DNA from: Chloroflexus aggregans DSM 9485
Lineage (GTDB): Bacteria; Chloroflexota; Chloroflexia; Chloroflexales; Chloroflexaceae
Length of the DNA: 64,000 nt
Assembly: GCF_000021945.1 (NCBI RefSeq)
Contig: NC_011831.1
Coordinates: 1,313,353-1,377,352, forward strand
Direction: 5' to 3'
In this document: piece after piece, positions 16,957-27,274 of the stretch
Layout: each line of letters begins with the position of its first letter
Numbering within the stretch: the first letter of the stretch is position 1
The notes under the pieces: generated by a model
Databases searched by the model: none
Told to the model about the DNA's origin: nothing
The model's input: the letters and a program-made list of their open reading frames with translations, nothing else
Position numbers and translations under genes: made by a program

Positions 16957-19014
16957 TCATCCCTCAAAACAGTACACCCCAAATGCCGCCAACTGAACAA
17001 CCTCACCCACACCACGCCGCTCACGACTGTGCGGAAAGATACCGAGTAGGTCGTTGCCGAGCGGTTCGGTAACGAGCAAATGTGATGGGAGCGCACCGAA
17101 ATTAACTACTCCGGTCAGGATACGCTCACCCAGCGTGCGACGAATCGTCAACACCTCGACCGGTGCCGTGGTAAGCGTTTGATAAGTGACCGTCCCATGC
17201 CGCAACGCCGGTTCTTGCCGCCAGAGTGCGAGCAAACGCGGCAAGACGGTGCGATCGGCATGCTCCTGTCCGTTCCATATCGCCGGTGTAAGCCCGCTAA
17301 ACACCATCACCGCCCACAACGCCTGCACCAAACGCGATCCGCGTAAACCGTCGGCCAACGGGTTGCAATCGGCGGTATCATGCATCTCCAGAAAGCCGAT
17401 CCGGTAGGCTGCCGGATACAGATCGGCGTAATCGGTTTGATAGGCACACCACTCAGCCGGGGTGATCCGACGCATAGCAAGATGGATGAGCATATGATGA
17501 CTGGGGTAATCAAACCACCCGCCGGCGAATTGGGCTGAATGCGGGCCAGAGAGCGTACACAGGAGTGAAAGAGACGGACGTACAGCGATAATCTCACGCA
17601 ATGCCTGTACCATCAGCGCTGTACCAGAACTCGCCCGCAACGGTGGTCGACGGATCCAGGCCGGGGCAGCCTGGTATGGTGCGATGACCCGTAAGCCATC
17701 AAGTGCAAACCGGTCGACCTGCGCGATCACCCATTGCTGCCAGTACAACCGCCAATCGGTGCGCGTCCAGTCAAAGTGATAGCCGTTCGTGGGCAAGCCT
17801 ACACCCGGATGGCGAGCTGCTGCCGGCGCGTCGGTCGGCACACCGATGACAAATGCCCCCGAATCGTCGCGTACAAACCATTCTGGGTGTTCGCTAAGGT
17901 AGCGTGAGTCGGGCGCACAACCTTGCATCGCCACATCGAGCAATACCCGCATCCCATGCTGATGGGCGGTTTCGATCATGCGGCGAATGGCCGGCTCATC
18001 GCCACAGACCGGATCAATCCGTTCAAGATCGCCGATCAGGTGTGGACGTTCGCCAACGGTATGCCACGGCAGTATGCATAGTGTGTCAATGCCAAGGGCC
18101 TTCAGTTCGGGCAATTGTGCGGCAAGACCGGCAGCTCCGCCGTGTTGACGCAGATCGGTTACGTAGAGAATCGCATCGCGCAACCATGCCGCCGGTGGTT
18201 GTGGCAATGAGGTGCGTGCGCGGTATACGGCAAGCGCTGCCGGCCAGGATCGGTGCTGTAAGCCGATCCATTGCGTGCCCACTCTTAATCGTTGTTCAGA
18301 GCGTAACCAACCGGTAACAGCTACTTCATAAGCTAGCGAGACCGCCGTACCGTTGCCCATCACATAAGGTAACGCAGCTTCATCATCACCGATATACCAA
18401 CACAGGAATGTGAGCGGTACGTCGTTATCGTATAACGCCATTACCCCTGCCCCTTGCGTAGGCGACGGTTCAAAGGCGCTCCCACCGCGCAATCCGGGGG
18501 CAAAGAAACGGCGTGGAAGCACGTTGCGATCCTGGCCGGCTGCAATCGTTAGCGGTGTTCGTGGTCGAACGCTATTGCCCGGTGCATCGAAGGTACATCG
18601 ATTCGGATCACCAACCCGCACGTTTGGTACGATCATCCGCACGCCGTATAGGCGCAGGTCGTCACCACTCACATTCTCAATCTCGATCCAACGTTCGATC
18701 ACCTCGCCATCAATGCGGTAGTGATCGAATAGCTTGAGTGGGCCAATCCCAATAATGATCGTCATCACCGGTCGGTGTTCTTGCATGCTCAAGCGGTGCC
18801 AGATGTAGCGGGCAAATGTCTGGGCTGTGATCCAATTCGTTGCACTACCTAACGCAATGTCAATCCCGGCGATCACCGGGCCAAAGCCAAGCACATTCGG
18901 ACCATCGTGTTGTTGGAGACGCACTAATGCGCCATTCTCAGTTGACCAACCTAGCTCGTAGGCGTCGGTACGGAGAACGATCTGATCGGACTGTTCGTAG
19001 AGTTCGTAACTCAT
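16957..19014 (-). CDS. Glycoside hydrolase, alpha-amylase-family (GH13-like TIM barrel) protein
   Basis: GIDTLCILPWHTVG ... IDPVCGDEPAIRRMIETAHQHGMRVLLDVAMQG matches the GH13 beta3/beta4 pattern, but the canonical NH is replaced, so it may be divergent. Confidence 0.35.
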   Translation of the reverse strand: MSYELYEQSDQIVLRTDAYELGWSTENGALVRLQQHDGPNVLGFGPVIAGIDIALGSATNWITAQTFARYIWHRLSMQEHRPVMTIIIGIGPLKLFDHYRIDGEVIERWIEIENVSGDDLRLYGVRMIVPNVRVGDPNRCTFDAPGNSVRPRTPLTIAAGQDRNVLPRRFFAPGLRGGSAFEPSPTQGAGVMALYDNDVPLTFLCWYIGDDEAALPYVMGNGTAVSLAYEVAVTGWLRSEQRLRVGTQWIGLQHRSWPAALAVYRARTSLPQPPAAWLRDAILYVTDLRQHGGAAGLAAQLPELKALGIDTLCILPWHTVGERPHLIGDLERIDPVCGDEPAIRRMIETAHQHGMRVLLDVAMQGCAPDSRYLSEHPEWFVRDDSGAFVIGVPTDAPAAARHPGVGLPTNGYHFDWTRTDWRLYWQQWVIAQVDRFALDGLRVIAPYQAAPAWIRRPPLRASSGTALMVQALREIIAVRPSLSLLCTLSGPHSAQFAGGWFDYPSHHMLIHLAMRRITPAEWCAYQTDYADLYPAAYRIGFLEMHDTADCNPLADGLRGSRLVQALWAVMVFSGLTPAIWNGQEHADRTVLPRLLALWRQEPALRHGTVTYQTLTTAPVEVLTIRRTLGERILTGVVNFGALPSHLLVTEPLGNDLLGIFPHSRERRGVGEVVQLAAFGVYCFEG

Positions 19015-19137
19015 TCATCAACCGGAACGATCAGTAGGGTAGCGGAGATGGGTTGGTTGTCGCATCGATAGTGACTTGTACAAAACAACCAGGATACTTA
19101 AGGGCAGATTATAACACGACGCCTTTTGGTAACCGAG

Positions 19138-19962
19138 CTACGGCCCAGAGTCGGCGATCAGTTCGGCAGTTGCACGAGTGGCGAACGTCAAAATTGCCGG
19201 CGCTTCCCACCCTCTCCACAGACCATAGACGACAGCAGCACGGAAGATGTCACCGGCGCCGGTCGAGTCGGAAACCGCTTGGAAGGACGGCGTCTCTTCA
19301 TACCACGTCCCGTTGACCAACACACGCGCCGGTCGCGCACCATCGGTGACGAAGACAATCGCCCCGCGCACCTGGTGCAGCAGAACAGCGCGCTCACGTG
19401 GCTCAGAACCGAGCAAGGCGGCTGAAGTCACAATGACATCCGCCGCCTGCGCCAGCGGTTCATCCGGTGTGCCTACATCGCCGGCAACCACCAACCGTTC
19501 GTGGCGACGGGCAGCCAGGGCTACTTCGGCAGTATGCAAACCGTACCGACTGACACTGACAATGTGGCTGGCAGCAAGTGCTTGTGATGAAGGCGGTGCA
19601 GCAGCCGTCCCCTGTCGCAAAGCAATAATCGTGCGCTCACCGTCGGGAGTGATCAAGATGTGACATACCGGGGTCGTTACCGTTGCATCACGCTCAACAT
19701 GCGCATCCAAACCCAGCTCCTGCAACGTTGCCGCCACCAGATCGCCGGGCGGATCGTACCCTAGGCGGTCGCCGTAGAGGAGCGGTTGGACGCCCCAGCG
19801 CACCAATGCACGCGCCTCGTTGAGAGCATTACCACCGGTCATCCACCGGCTGCGAAGAGCGTGAACACCGCTGCCCAACGTGGGCCAGTGTGGTAACCAG
19901 ATATGAAGATCGGCACAGATTGAGCCGTAGCAAAGAATGGTAGACATCGATACGATGCTCAA
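19138..19962 (-). CDS. PfkB-family carbohydrate kinase
   Basis: Has the GGNALNEA (GG motif) and C-terminal DSTGAGDIFRAA (DTxGAGD) signatures. Confidence 0.6.
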   Translation of the reverse strand: MSIVSMSTILCYGSICADLHIWLPHWPTLGSGVHALRSRWMTGGNALNEARALVRWGVQPLLYGDRLGYDPPGDLVAATLQELGLDAHVERDATVTTPVCHILITPDGERTIIALRQGTAAAPPSSQALAASHIVSVSRYGLHTAEVALAARRHERLVVAGDVGTPDEPLAQAADVIVTSAALLGSEPRERAVLLHQVRGAIVFVTDGARPARVLVNGTWYEETPSFQAVSDSTGAGDIFRAAVVYGLWRGWEAPAILTFATRATAELIADSGP

Positions 19963-19968
19963 CAGTAC

Positions 19969-20823
19969 TTAGCGTGACCACTCACGGCAATCTACTCGAT
20001 AAGCATCGAGGTCTCGTCGTTTATGAAGCGCATTGACATTCATCTGATTGGCCGTTTCACAGAACAACTCCGGTTCGAGATGATATTCAATCACAAAAAC
20101 CGGCTTCCCGCTGCGGAGAAAAGGCTGCAACGAATCACACTCATCGTAGAAAAAACACGACTCATTCAATGCCCAATCGAAATACGGTGCTAATGCTTCG
20201 CTCTGTTCACCATCATTCTTCAGTCCAATGAACAACCCTCGTTGATGAGCTGCCGTAGCGAGCCAGATGTTGTAGCGTTGTTGATCGGCAGCAGTCAAGG
20301 AAAAGCCGGTCTCATTCACATACCCATTCACGTTATCAGGGTCGACACCGTCACACCCTTTCGCTCGCGCCAAATCAAGCCGAGCCTCCATGATGGGGGT
20401 CAACAGATCAACGCGCCGGATGTCAAGCCATCGTTCACCTGGCCAACCTGCCATTGCTGCTCCCAACACGTCCGCCGGAAACAAATGGGCATCAGAACGC
20501 CAATCCTCATACGAGCCTGCACTAAAATAGCACATCACAAACACACCGCGTTGATGTAGCAACGCAATATCCTCCGGTGACGTATCAAACAAATCGAGAT
20601 TAAATACCTCAACATCAAGATCGAGTTTCAGATCACCGGTATATTGAATCTGCCAACGCGCCTGTTGTGGTAAATCGGGTCGAGGCGTATGAGCGATTGA
20701 TGCGGAGACGGTAGGAGAAGAAGACGATGGCACGTTCATCGGCAACTGACATGCTCCGAGCAACAGAGCAACCCACCCAACGAACCACAACGAACGCAGC
20801 ACATGCATCAAACCTCTCTTCAC
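19969..20823 (-). CDS. Glycoside hydrolase family 114-like (endo-alpha-1,4-polygalactosaminidase-type) lipoprotein
   Basis: Signal/lipobox LLGAC. VMCYFSAGSYEDW ... GCDGVDPDNVNGY are GH114-like motifs. Confidence 0.5.
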   Translation of the reverse strand: MKRGLMHVLRSLWFVGWVALLLGACQLPMNVPSSSSPTVSASIAHTPRPDLPQQARWQIQYTGDLKLDLDVEVFNLDLFDTSPEDIALLHQRGVFVMCYFSAGSYEDWRSDAHLFPADVLGAAMAGWPGERWLDIRRVDLLTPIMEARLDLARAKGCDGVDPDNVNGYVNETGFSLTAADQQRYNIWLATAAHQRGLFIGLKNDGEQSEALAPYFDWALNESCFFYDECDSLQPFLRSGKPVFVIEYHLEPELFCETANQMNVNALHKRRDLDAYRVDCREWSR

Positions 20824-20906
20824 ATTACTTTAGCAATCGGCGACTGCTCACAAGCCAGGCCAGACAGGGGATGCAGTTCACATCCCCTGCCTTATCCCAT
20901 TCTCAT

Positions 20907-23381
20907 TCACGTACCGGCGGGAGCCGGCGAGGGTTGACCGCGGTTGTTGGTATGAGATCCGTTCTGGTTATTGGCCGGTGTCGGCATCCGGCTCAAGGCA
21001 ATCCGCAGCACCTCATCCATCGATGAGACCGGGATCAGGTTCAACTCACGGCGGACTTTTTCAGGTAGCTCGCTGATATCCTTCGCATTCTCTTTGGGTA
21101 AGATGAAGGTGCGAATCCCGGCGCGATGTGCTGCCAGTGTCTTCTCTTTCAGACCACCAATCGGCAACACCTTACCGCGCAGCGTAACCTCGCCGGTCAT
21201 GGCTACATCGCGGCGCACCGGTGTACCGGTGAGCGCACTGATCAGCGCCGTCGTCAGCGTAATCCCCGCCGAGGGATCATCCTTCGGTACCGCACCTTCG
21301 GGAATGTGAATGTGAATATTCGTCTCCTCAAAGGTATTGGGATCGATACCAAAATCGGCAGCCCGCGAGCGCACGTAGCTGACCGCCGTTTGCGCACTCT
21401 CCTTCATCACCTCACCAAGCTGACCGGTCAGTTGCAACTGACCTTTGCCCTTAAACGGCAACACCTCGATACTGAGAATATCGCCGCCGGCACTCGTCCA
21501 CGCTACGCCGGTTGCTACACCAACCTCGTCTTGCTCTTCGGCGATCCCGTATGTGTAGCGCTCCGGGCCAAGGTACTTGACCACGGCAGCTTCATCGATC
21601 ACAAACTTCGGCGGTAGTTCGCCGTTCGCTTCCGTCTGCTCGGCGACTTGGCGAGCCACTTTGCGGCACAAGCTGGCGATCTCACGTTCAAGACCGCGCA
21701 CACCGGCTTCGCGGGTATACTCGCGGATCAGCTTCAGAATCGCGCCCTCGGTAAACTCGATCTGATCTTCTGTCAACCCATGGAACTCACGCTGCTTGGG
21801 AATGAGGAAACCGCGGGCAATTTCCAACTTCTCGTCCTCGGTGTAACCGCCGATCTCGATGATCTCCATACGGTCGCGCAACGGTAACGGGATCGGATCG
21901 AGCTGATTAGCCGTCGCGATAAAGATCACCTTGCTCAGATCGAACGGAATTTCGAGATAGTGATCGCTGAAGGCGTTGTTTTGCTCTGGATCGAGCACCT
22001 CAAGCAGCGCCGACGTCGGATCACCGCGAAAATCCAACCCGATCTTATCCACTTCGTCGAGGATATAGACCGGACTCTTCGACTTAGCATTCTTCATCGC
22101 CTGAATGATGCGACCGGGCATAGCACCGATGTAGGTGCGACGGTGCCCACGAATTTCAGCTTCATCCCGTACACCACCCAGACTGGTGCGCACAAACTTG
22201 CGCCCCAAGGCGCGCGCAATACTGCGACCGAGGCTTGTCTTGCCGACACCGGGTGGGCCAACGAAGCAGAGAATGGGAGAACGCATCTTATCACCGGCCA
22301 GTTTGCGCACGGCTAGATATTCGAGGATACGCTCTTTTACCTTTTCCAACCCATAGTGATCGGCGTCAAGCACTTTCTGAGCCTCGGTAATGCTGATCTC
22401 GGGCAATTCCTCATCAGCCCATGGCAACGAGAGGATCCAATCGAGATAGGTGCGAATGACCCCCGACTCGGGGTTGTTCATCCCCTGCTGGGCCAACCGC
22501 TTCAACTCATGCAACGCCTGATTTTTCACGTACTCCGGCGCATCGAGTTCGTGAATCTTGCGCCGTAGTTCGTCGATCGGATCATCACCCTCTTCATCTT
22601 CACCTAGCTCGCGGCGAATAATCCGCAACTGCTCGCGCAAAAAGTACTCACGTTGGCTCTGATCGAGCACCTCTTTGGTATCTTGCTGAATCTTGACCCG
22701 CAACTTGAGGAGTTCAAGCTGTCGCGCTAACACAAGATAGACCTTGCGCAAGCGCTCAACCGGGTCGAGTGTGTTAAGAACCTCGAGCCGATCTTTAAAA
22801 TCAAACGCCGGTCCCCATGTCACAATGTCGGCTAAGTGGCCGGGACGGTCAATGCGATGGACGAACTGGACGGCCTCTTGCGGCACTTCACCAAGATGCT
22901 CGACAAACTCATCAACTTGCTGCTTGACCGTCTCCATCAAGGCTTCTACTTCCAGACCACTCACCGGCGGGTCAGTGTATGGCCGGCAGCGCACCCGGTA
23001 GAAGGGTGTGATCTGGATCGCCTCAATAATCTGCGCCCGACTCTGGCCTTCCAGAATCACGCGGGCAGTACCGTCGTTCAGTTTGGCAAACTCTTGCAAC
23101 TGAGCAATCACACCAATTGGTGGCAGATTCTGTGGTTGATTGCTCTTGTAGCCTTCAAGCTGGTGCTCGCGGACGAAGATCAACAAGACATCGCGATCTT
23201 CTTCCCACGCGCGCTCCATCGCACGGTAGGATTTCCCTTGCGGCACCTGCAATGGTATCGTCATGTGCGGCATGATGACCATCTCGCCGAGCACCACCAT
23301 TGGCAACCGACGCTCAGGCGCTTCTTGCGGTTCATCATGCTCCTCAGGCAGATCATCAAACAATGACATTGGTTCGTTCAT
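20907..23381 (-). CDS. lon: ATP-dependent Lon protease
   Basis: Lon N-domain, AAA+ Walker A GPPGVGKTS, and protease-domain PKDDPSAGIT (catalytic Ser). Confidence 0.9.
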   Translation of the reverse strand: MNEPMSLFDDLPEEHDEPQEAPERRLPMVVLGEMVIMPHMTIPLQVPQGKSYRAMERAWEEDRDVLLIFVREHQLEGYKSNQPQNLPPIGVIAQLQEFAKLNDGTARVILEGQSRAQIIEAIQITPFYRVRCRPYTDPPVSGLEVEALMETVKQQVDEFVEHLGEVPQEAVQFVHRIDRPGHLADIVTWGPAFDFKDRLEVLNTLDPVERLRKVYLVLARQLELLKLRVKIQQDTKEVLDQSQREYFLREQLRIIRRELGEDEEGDDPIDELRRKIHELDAPEYVKNQALHELKRLAQQGMNNPESGVIRTYLDWILSLPWADEELPEISITEAQKVLDADHYGLEKVKERILEYLAVRKLAGDKMRSPILCFVGPPGVGKTSLGRSIARALGRKFVRTSLGGVRDEAEIRGHRRTYIGAMPGRIIQAMKNAKSKSPVYILDEVDKIGLDFRGDPTSALLEVLDPEQNNAFSDHYLEIPFDLSKVIFIATANQLDPIPLPLRDRMEIIEIGGYTEDEKLEIARGFLIPKQREFHGLTEDQIEFTEGAILKLIREYTREAGVRGLEREIASLCRKVARQVAEQTEANGELPPKFVIDEAAVVKYLGPERYTYGIAEEQDEVGVATGVAWTSAGGDILSIEVLPFKGKGQLQLTGQLGEVMKESAQTAVSYVRSRAADFGIDPNTFEETNIHIHIPEGAVPKDDPSAGITLTTALISALTGTPVRRDVAMTGEVTLRGKVLPIGGLKEKTLAAHRAGIRTFILPKENAKDISELPEKVRRELNLIPVSSMDEVLRIALSRMPTPANNQNGSHTNNRGQPSPAPAGT

Positions 23382-23426
23382 AGTATCCTTATCTCCTACG
23401 TTTGGCGAAAACGTTATTCCTGTTGT

Positions 23427-25235
23427 TCAACCCACTGCGAGCACCGGGGCAGGATCACGGAATTGCAATTCGTAGAGACGGGCGTAGATCCCGCCACGGG
23501 TCAATAATTCACGATGGGTACCGATCTCCATCAATTCACCGGCAACGATCACGGCAATCCGGTCAGCACGTCGTATCGTGCTTAAGCGATGGGCAATAAT
23601 GATACTTGTCCGTCCCACCATCAGGCGCTCGAGCGCCTCTTGGACCAATCGCTCGCTCTCACTATCGAGTGAACTGGTCGCTTCGTCGAGGATTAAGATC
23701 CGCGGATTTTTCAAGATGGCACGGGCAATCGCGATACGCTGGCGCTGACCACCGCTAAGGCGTACCCCCCGTTCACCGACCGGGGTGTCGTAACCTTCGG
23801 GAAGCTGACAGATAAATTCATGGGCATTAGCCATCCTCGCTGCGGCTTCGATCTCCGCATCATCGGCATCGAGCCGGCCATAGCGAATGTTGTCGCGAAT
23901 ACTGCCGCTGAACAGCAGGGTTTCTTGCGGCACAATTCCGATCTGTGTACGCAGCGACTGCATCTGCACCCGGCGCACATCGTAGCCGTCGATGAGCACA
24001 CTGCCATCCTGCACATCGTAAAAGCGCGGGATGAGACTTACGATGGTGCTCTTGCCGGCACCGCTCGGCCCGACGAGCGCTACCATCTCACCCGGCTCGA
24101 TCACCAGCGAGAAATTGCGGAGCACGATTGGCGCAGTGTGACCGTTTTCGACTCGCTGATACGCGAACGATACATTGCGGAACTCAACCCGCCCTTGCAC
24201 CGGTGGCAACGGAATGGCATCAGGCGCATCGGCAACTGCCGGCTGTTGATCGAGTAGCTCGAAGACGCGCGCAACCGCACCGAGCGCCTCTTGCACCTGC
24301 CCAAACAGGCCGGCAAACGCGCCCATCGATCCGGCGACGATCCCGGCGTAGAACAGAAACGCCACCAGATTCCCCGGCGTTAACTCGCCAGTACTTACCA
24401 GATACCCACCCACGACCAACATACCGATGATCGTTGCCCACACGGCCAACGACATCGATGGCTGAAAGAGCGCACGGACCCACGCCCGCCTCATTGCCGC
24501 AGCAAACGTAGCCTCCACTGCCGTGCGAAATCGCTCAACCTCATACGGTTCGCGTCCAAACGAACGCACCACCCGCACACCGGAAACCGTTTCTTCAAGA
24601 ATACTGGTTGCATCGGCCAATCGGTCCTGTACCGTTGTCGAGATTCGCCGCAACCAGCGCCCAAAGAACACGGCAATCAAGACGAGCGTCGGTACCAAAA
24701 CCAGTGCCAACGCACTGAGTTGCCACGAGACCACGATCATCAACGCAATGGCACCGATCAATTGAATCATACCTTGCAGCAGCGTGGTCAGGTTGGTCGT
24801 CACCGTCGATTGGATCAACGTCACGTCGTTGGTAATCCGCGACGTGATTTCACCGGTACGGCGCTGCTCGAAGAACGCGAGGTCCAGCCGTTGGAGATGC
24901 TGATACGCGGCAAGACGGAGATCGGCAACGACCCGCTCACCGACGAAGGTTAGACTATAATTCTGAATCAGACCGGCAACTGTCTGCCCAACAGCCACTC
25001 CACCTAACAACACGGCAATGCGCCCAATCGGCAACGTCTGATCACCGGTGATCAGGTTGACCATCTGACCAATTGCTAATGGCATCACCAAACCCAAGGC
25101 AGCACCGATGACCATCGCCACTACCGCAACGATCATCCAGCCCCGGTATGGTCGCAGATAGCCGAGCAGGCGCGACCACTGAGCGCTTTCCGGTAGCGCA
25201 GGTGAGCGGATGAATTGCCATCGTAATCGCACCAA
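23427..25235 (-). CDS. ABC transporter, fused permease/ATP-binding exporter (MsbA-like)
   Basis: Six TM helices N-terminal, Walker A GPSGAGKST, signature LSGGQRQR, and Walker B ILILDEATS. Confidence 0.85.
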   Translation of the reverse strand: MVRLRWQFIRSPALPESAQWSRLLGYLRPYRGWMIVAVVAMVIGAALGLVMPLAIGQMVNLITGDQTLPIGRIAVLLGGVAVGQTVAGLIQNYSLTFVGERVVADLRLAAYQHLQRLDLAFFEQRRTGEITSRITNDVTLIQSTVTTNLTTLLQGMIQLIGAIALMIVVSWQLSALALVLVPTLVLIAVFFGRWLRRISTTVQDRLADATSILEETVSGVRVVRSFGREPYEVERFRTAVEATFAAAMRRAWVRALFQPSMSLAVWATIIGMLVVGGYLVSTGELTPGNLVAFLFYAGIVAGSMGAFAGLFGQVQEALGAVARVFELLDQQPAVADAPDAIPLPPVQGRVEFRNVSFAYQRVENGHTAPIVLRNFSLVIEPGEMVALVGPSGAGKSTIVSLIPRFYDVQDGSVLIDGYDVRRVQMQSLRTQIGIVPQETLLFSGSIRDNIRYGRLDADDAEIEAAARMANAHEFICQLPEGYDTPVGERGVRLSGGQRQRIAIARAILKNPRILILDEATSSLDSESERLVQEALERLMVGRTSIIIAHRLSTIRRADRIAVIVAGELMEIGTHRELLTRGGIYARLYELQFRDPAPVLAVG

Positions 25236-25284
25236 TGAATTGCTCCTCGCACGACACGGGATACCCCGCTCGTGACTCCATTGT

Positions 25285-25785
25285 TTAGGCCAGGCGTCCC
25301 GTATCGCTCCGTTCGAGCACGCGCACCATTCCGGTTAACACTCCTTCGAGCAGTTCGAGCAAACGATCGGCATCGGCTGACGACAAATGACCGAGTGCTG
25401 CATAAATTTGCTCACGCCGGGCTTGCTTGATTGCGGCAATCAATGCCAACCCCCGCGGGGTCACCTGTACCATTACCTGCCGACGATCCCGCTCGTGCCG
25501 GGTGCGCTCGACCAGTTGCTTATCGAGCAGTCGATCAACGACGCCGGTGAGTGCGGCTGCCGACTGTTGCGTCGCTTCGGCCAGGTCCGACATCTTGCAT
25601 TCACCGTTGGTTTGGGCAAGATGAAGAAGGGTATAGAACTGAGTCAGGGTCAAGTTGAAGCGTTCGTCGTCGAGCAACTGCACAAACTGGCGCTGCGCCA
25701 GCCAACTGATGCGCAGGATCATCTGCTCGATAGCATCGAGTGTTGTATGTTCGGGTAGTGTTTTGGGCTGTTCTGCTTCAGCCAT
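25285..25785 (-). CDS. MarR-family transcriptional regulator
   Basis: Winged-helix pattern LTLTQFYTLLHLAQ...MSDLAEATQQSAAALTGVVDRLLDKQLVER. The real start is MAEAEQ at about 25785. The upstream part of the ORF track is translated repeat DNA. Confidence 0.7.
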   Translation of the reverse strand: MAEAEQPKTLPEHTTLDAIEQMILRISWLAQRQFVQLLDDERFNLTLTQFYTLLHLAQTNGECKMSDLAEATQQSAAALTGVVDRLLDKQLVERTRHERDRRQVMVQVTPRGLALIAAIKQARREQIYAALGHLSSADADRLLELLEGVLTGMVRVLERSDTGRLA

Positions 25786-25877
25786 GCGATCCGTTAATCC
25801 TAGCCCATGTAGATATTCAACAATATTAAGTATATCAGAGGCAAGTAATCTTGTAAAGTCATGAGACGCAACGACGC

Positions 25878-25946
25878 TCACGCAAAGGACGTTAACGCAA
25901 AGACCGCAGAGGGCGCAAAGGCGCAAAGAGGTTAACGCAAAGGCGC
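25878..25946. repeat. Copy A of a dispersed repeat with ACGCAAAG(G/A) motifs at about 11-bp periodicity
   Basis: About 85% identical to 51243..51310. It lies in the 5' region of marR. Confidence 0.5.
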
Positions 25947-25951
25947 TATGG

Positions 25952-26080
25952 GCACCACCCGTAGGGGCACGGCGTGCCGTGCCCTCACTGACGCACAGCA
26001 CGCCACCCGTAGGGGCACGGCGTGCCGTGCCCTCACTGACGCACAGCACGCCACCCGTAGGGGCACGGCACGCTGCGTGG
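25952..26080. repeat. 48-bp tandem repeat (2.6 copies), each unit containing a 9-bp GC hairpin (gggcacggc-gt-gccgtgccc)
   Basis: Direct tandem read from the sequence, with no spacers, so it is not CRISPR-like. It lies between the histidine-kinase gene end and the marR promoter. Confidence 0.6.
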
Positions 26081-26106
26081 GAGAGAAGCGGGGATGAGGA
26101 CCACCC

Positions 26107-27168
26107 TTATGGCGCGGCAATCGGCCAGTGGAACCATGCCACGAACAGATCACCGTGGGGTCGGGCACCGACATACTGACCGGCAATCGCGGCCGCACCG
26201 TTGGGCAAGCCGTAGGCATTTGCGACCAGTTCAGCGCAAATCGCCAAGCCAAAGCCATGGCCTTGAACACCAGTGCTGTTAAAGGTGAAACCACCGCGGA
26301 ACAGGTCACTCCACTGATGCCCAAAACGTTGTTCAAGCGCAGAACGTTGCAATGTATCGATCCGATTCGCCACCACAAACCGCAAACTCGGCGATTCGCA
26401 CTCGGAGATCAGAAAGATACCGATCATCACACGGTGATCGGCGCTATGGCGAGTAGCATTATTCACCAGATTATAAAACACGCGGTCGAGGGCCGAAAAC
26501 TCCACGCAGCGGTCGGCTACCACTCCGTTGTAGCGCGCATCGACGATCACCTGGGCAGTACCATCGGGCAAGCGGTAATCGGCCTGATTCCATTTCTCGA
26601 GCAACAGATCGACGCCGTGCGCGCGTAATTCAATATCGCGCGCCGTGCGGACCGGATCGATATCCGGCAAACAGTTCCGCATAATCTTGAGATGATCGCG
26701 TGTGAGGAGATAGATCCGCTCAATATCGGCGGGCCGCACCTGTTCGACTTCGAGCAACTGAAGCTGCAATGCCAATGCCTGTAACGACCCACCACGCACG
26801 TCGTGGATCACCTGACCCAATACAGGGTCGACGTGGCTAAGCGAGATCCCGCGTAGCTCATTGATCAGATCAGACCAGCCCTTCTCGTGTAAGAACCGGC
26901 GTAAATCGGTGTAATCGAGCCGGCGCTGTTGATCAAACATAGAAAAGATCTGGAGCAGCGTATCGTACAACCGCTGAACTATCTCTTGTACCGCCGGTGG
27001 TAGTGTATTGATGCTGGCGCTGCTCCGACTACGCAAAAAAGGGTCATGGCGCAACAACGGTAAATCGCACGGTGCCAGCGCTTTAACGGCTTCGTCGCTA
27101 AGGGGAAATGCACCGGACATAAGACATCTCCAGTTTATCTGAAGAGGGAGAACACATCTCTCGTTCAC
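26107..27168 (-). CDS. Sensor histidine kinase-like protein (HATPase_c), cytoplasmic
   Basis: Has N-box NLVNNATRHS, G-box GHGFGLAICAELV, and a putative H-box HDVRGGSLQAL. Confidence 0.55.
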   Translation of the reverse strand: MNERCVLPLQINWRCLMSGAFPLSDEAVKALAPCDLPLLRHDPFLRSRSSASINTLPPAVQEIVQRLYDTLLQIFSMFDQQRRLDYTDLRRFLHEKGWSDLINELRGISLSHVDPVLGQVIHDVRGGSLQALALQLQLLEVEQVRPADIERIYLLTRDHLKIMRNCLPDIDPVRTARDIELRAHGVDLLLEKWNQADYRLPDGTAQVIVDARYNGVVADRCVEFSALDRVFYNLVNNATRHSADHRVMIGIFLISECESPSLRFVVANRIDTLQRSALEQRFGHQWSDLFRGGFTFNSTGVQGHGFGLAICAELVANAYGLPNGAAAIAGQYVGARPHGDLFVAWFHWPIAAP

Positions 27169-27274
27169 CCAAGGTGCTTCTATACTTTATTTAAACGTCA
27201 TTATAACCGATCTTTAGAATATTCGGGGAATGATATTTGTTTGATAAAAAATTTACTGTGCAAAATAGAACGAA

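Noticed and set aside
20242-25235. Numerous 60-170-aa ORFs antisense to lon, the ABC transporter, ilvD, ugd, rpsA, tgt and the cas genes
   Set aside because: They are entirely nested within well-supported long genes on the opposite strand, and their translations have high-GC third-frame composition (R/A/G/P-rich).
25952-26080. 48-bp tandem repeat and the 30.8-kb degenerate repeats as possible CRISPR arrays
   Set aside because: Units abut directly with no unique spacers (25.9 kb), or the repeats are only about 75% identical with irregular spacing (30.8 kb). Neither fits CRISPR architecture, and no array was found anywhere in the window.
25932-26378. ORFs 25932..26378, 25979..26179 and 26094..26282, and the N-terminal extension of 25285..26049, over the tandem-repeat region
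   Set aside because: The translations are repetitive (AVPLRVACCASVRARH x3) because they read through the 48-bp tandem repeats. They are not real genes.; the MarR start was refined to 25785.
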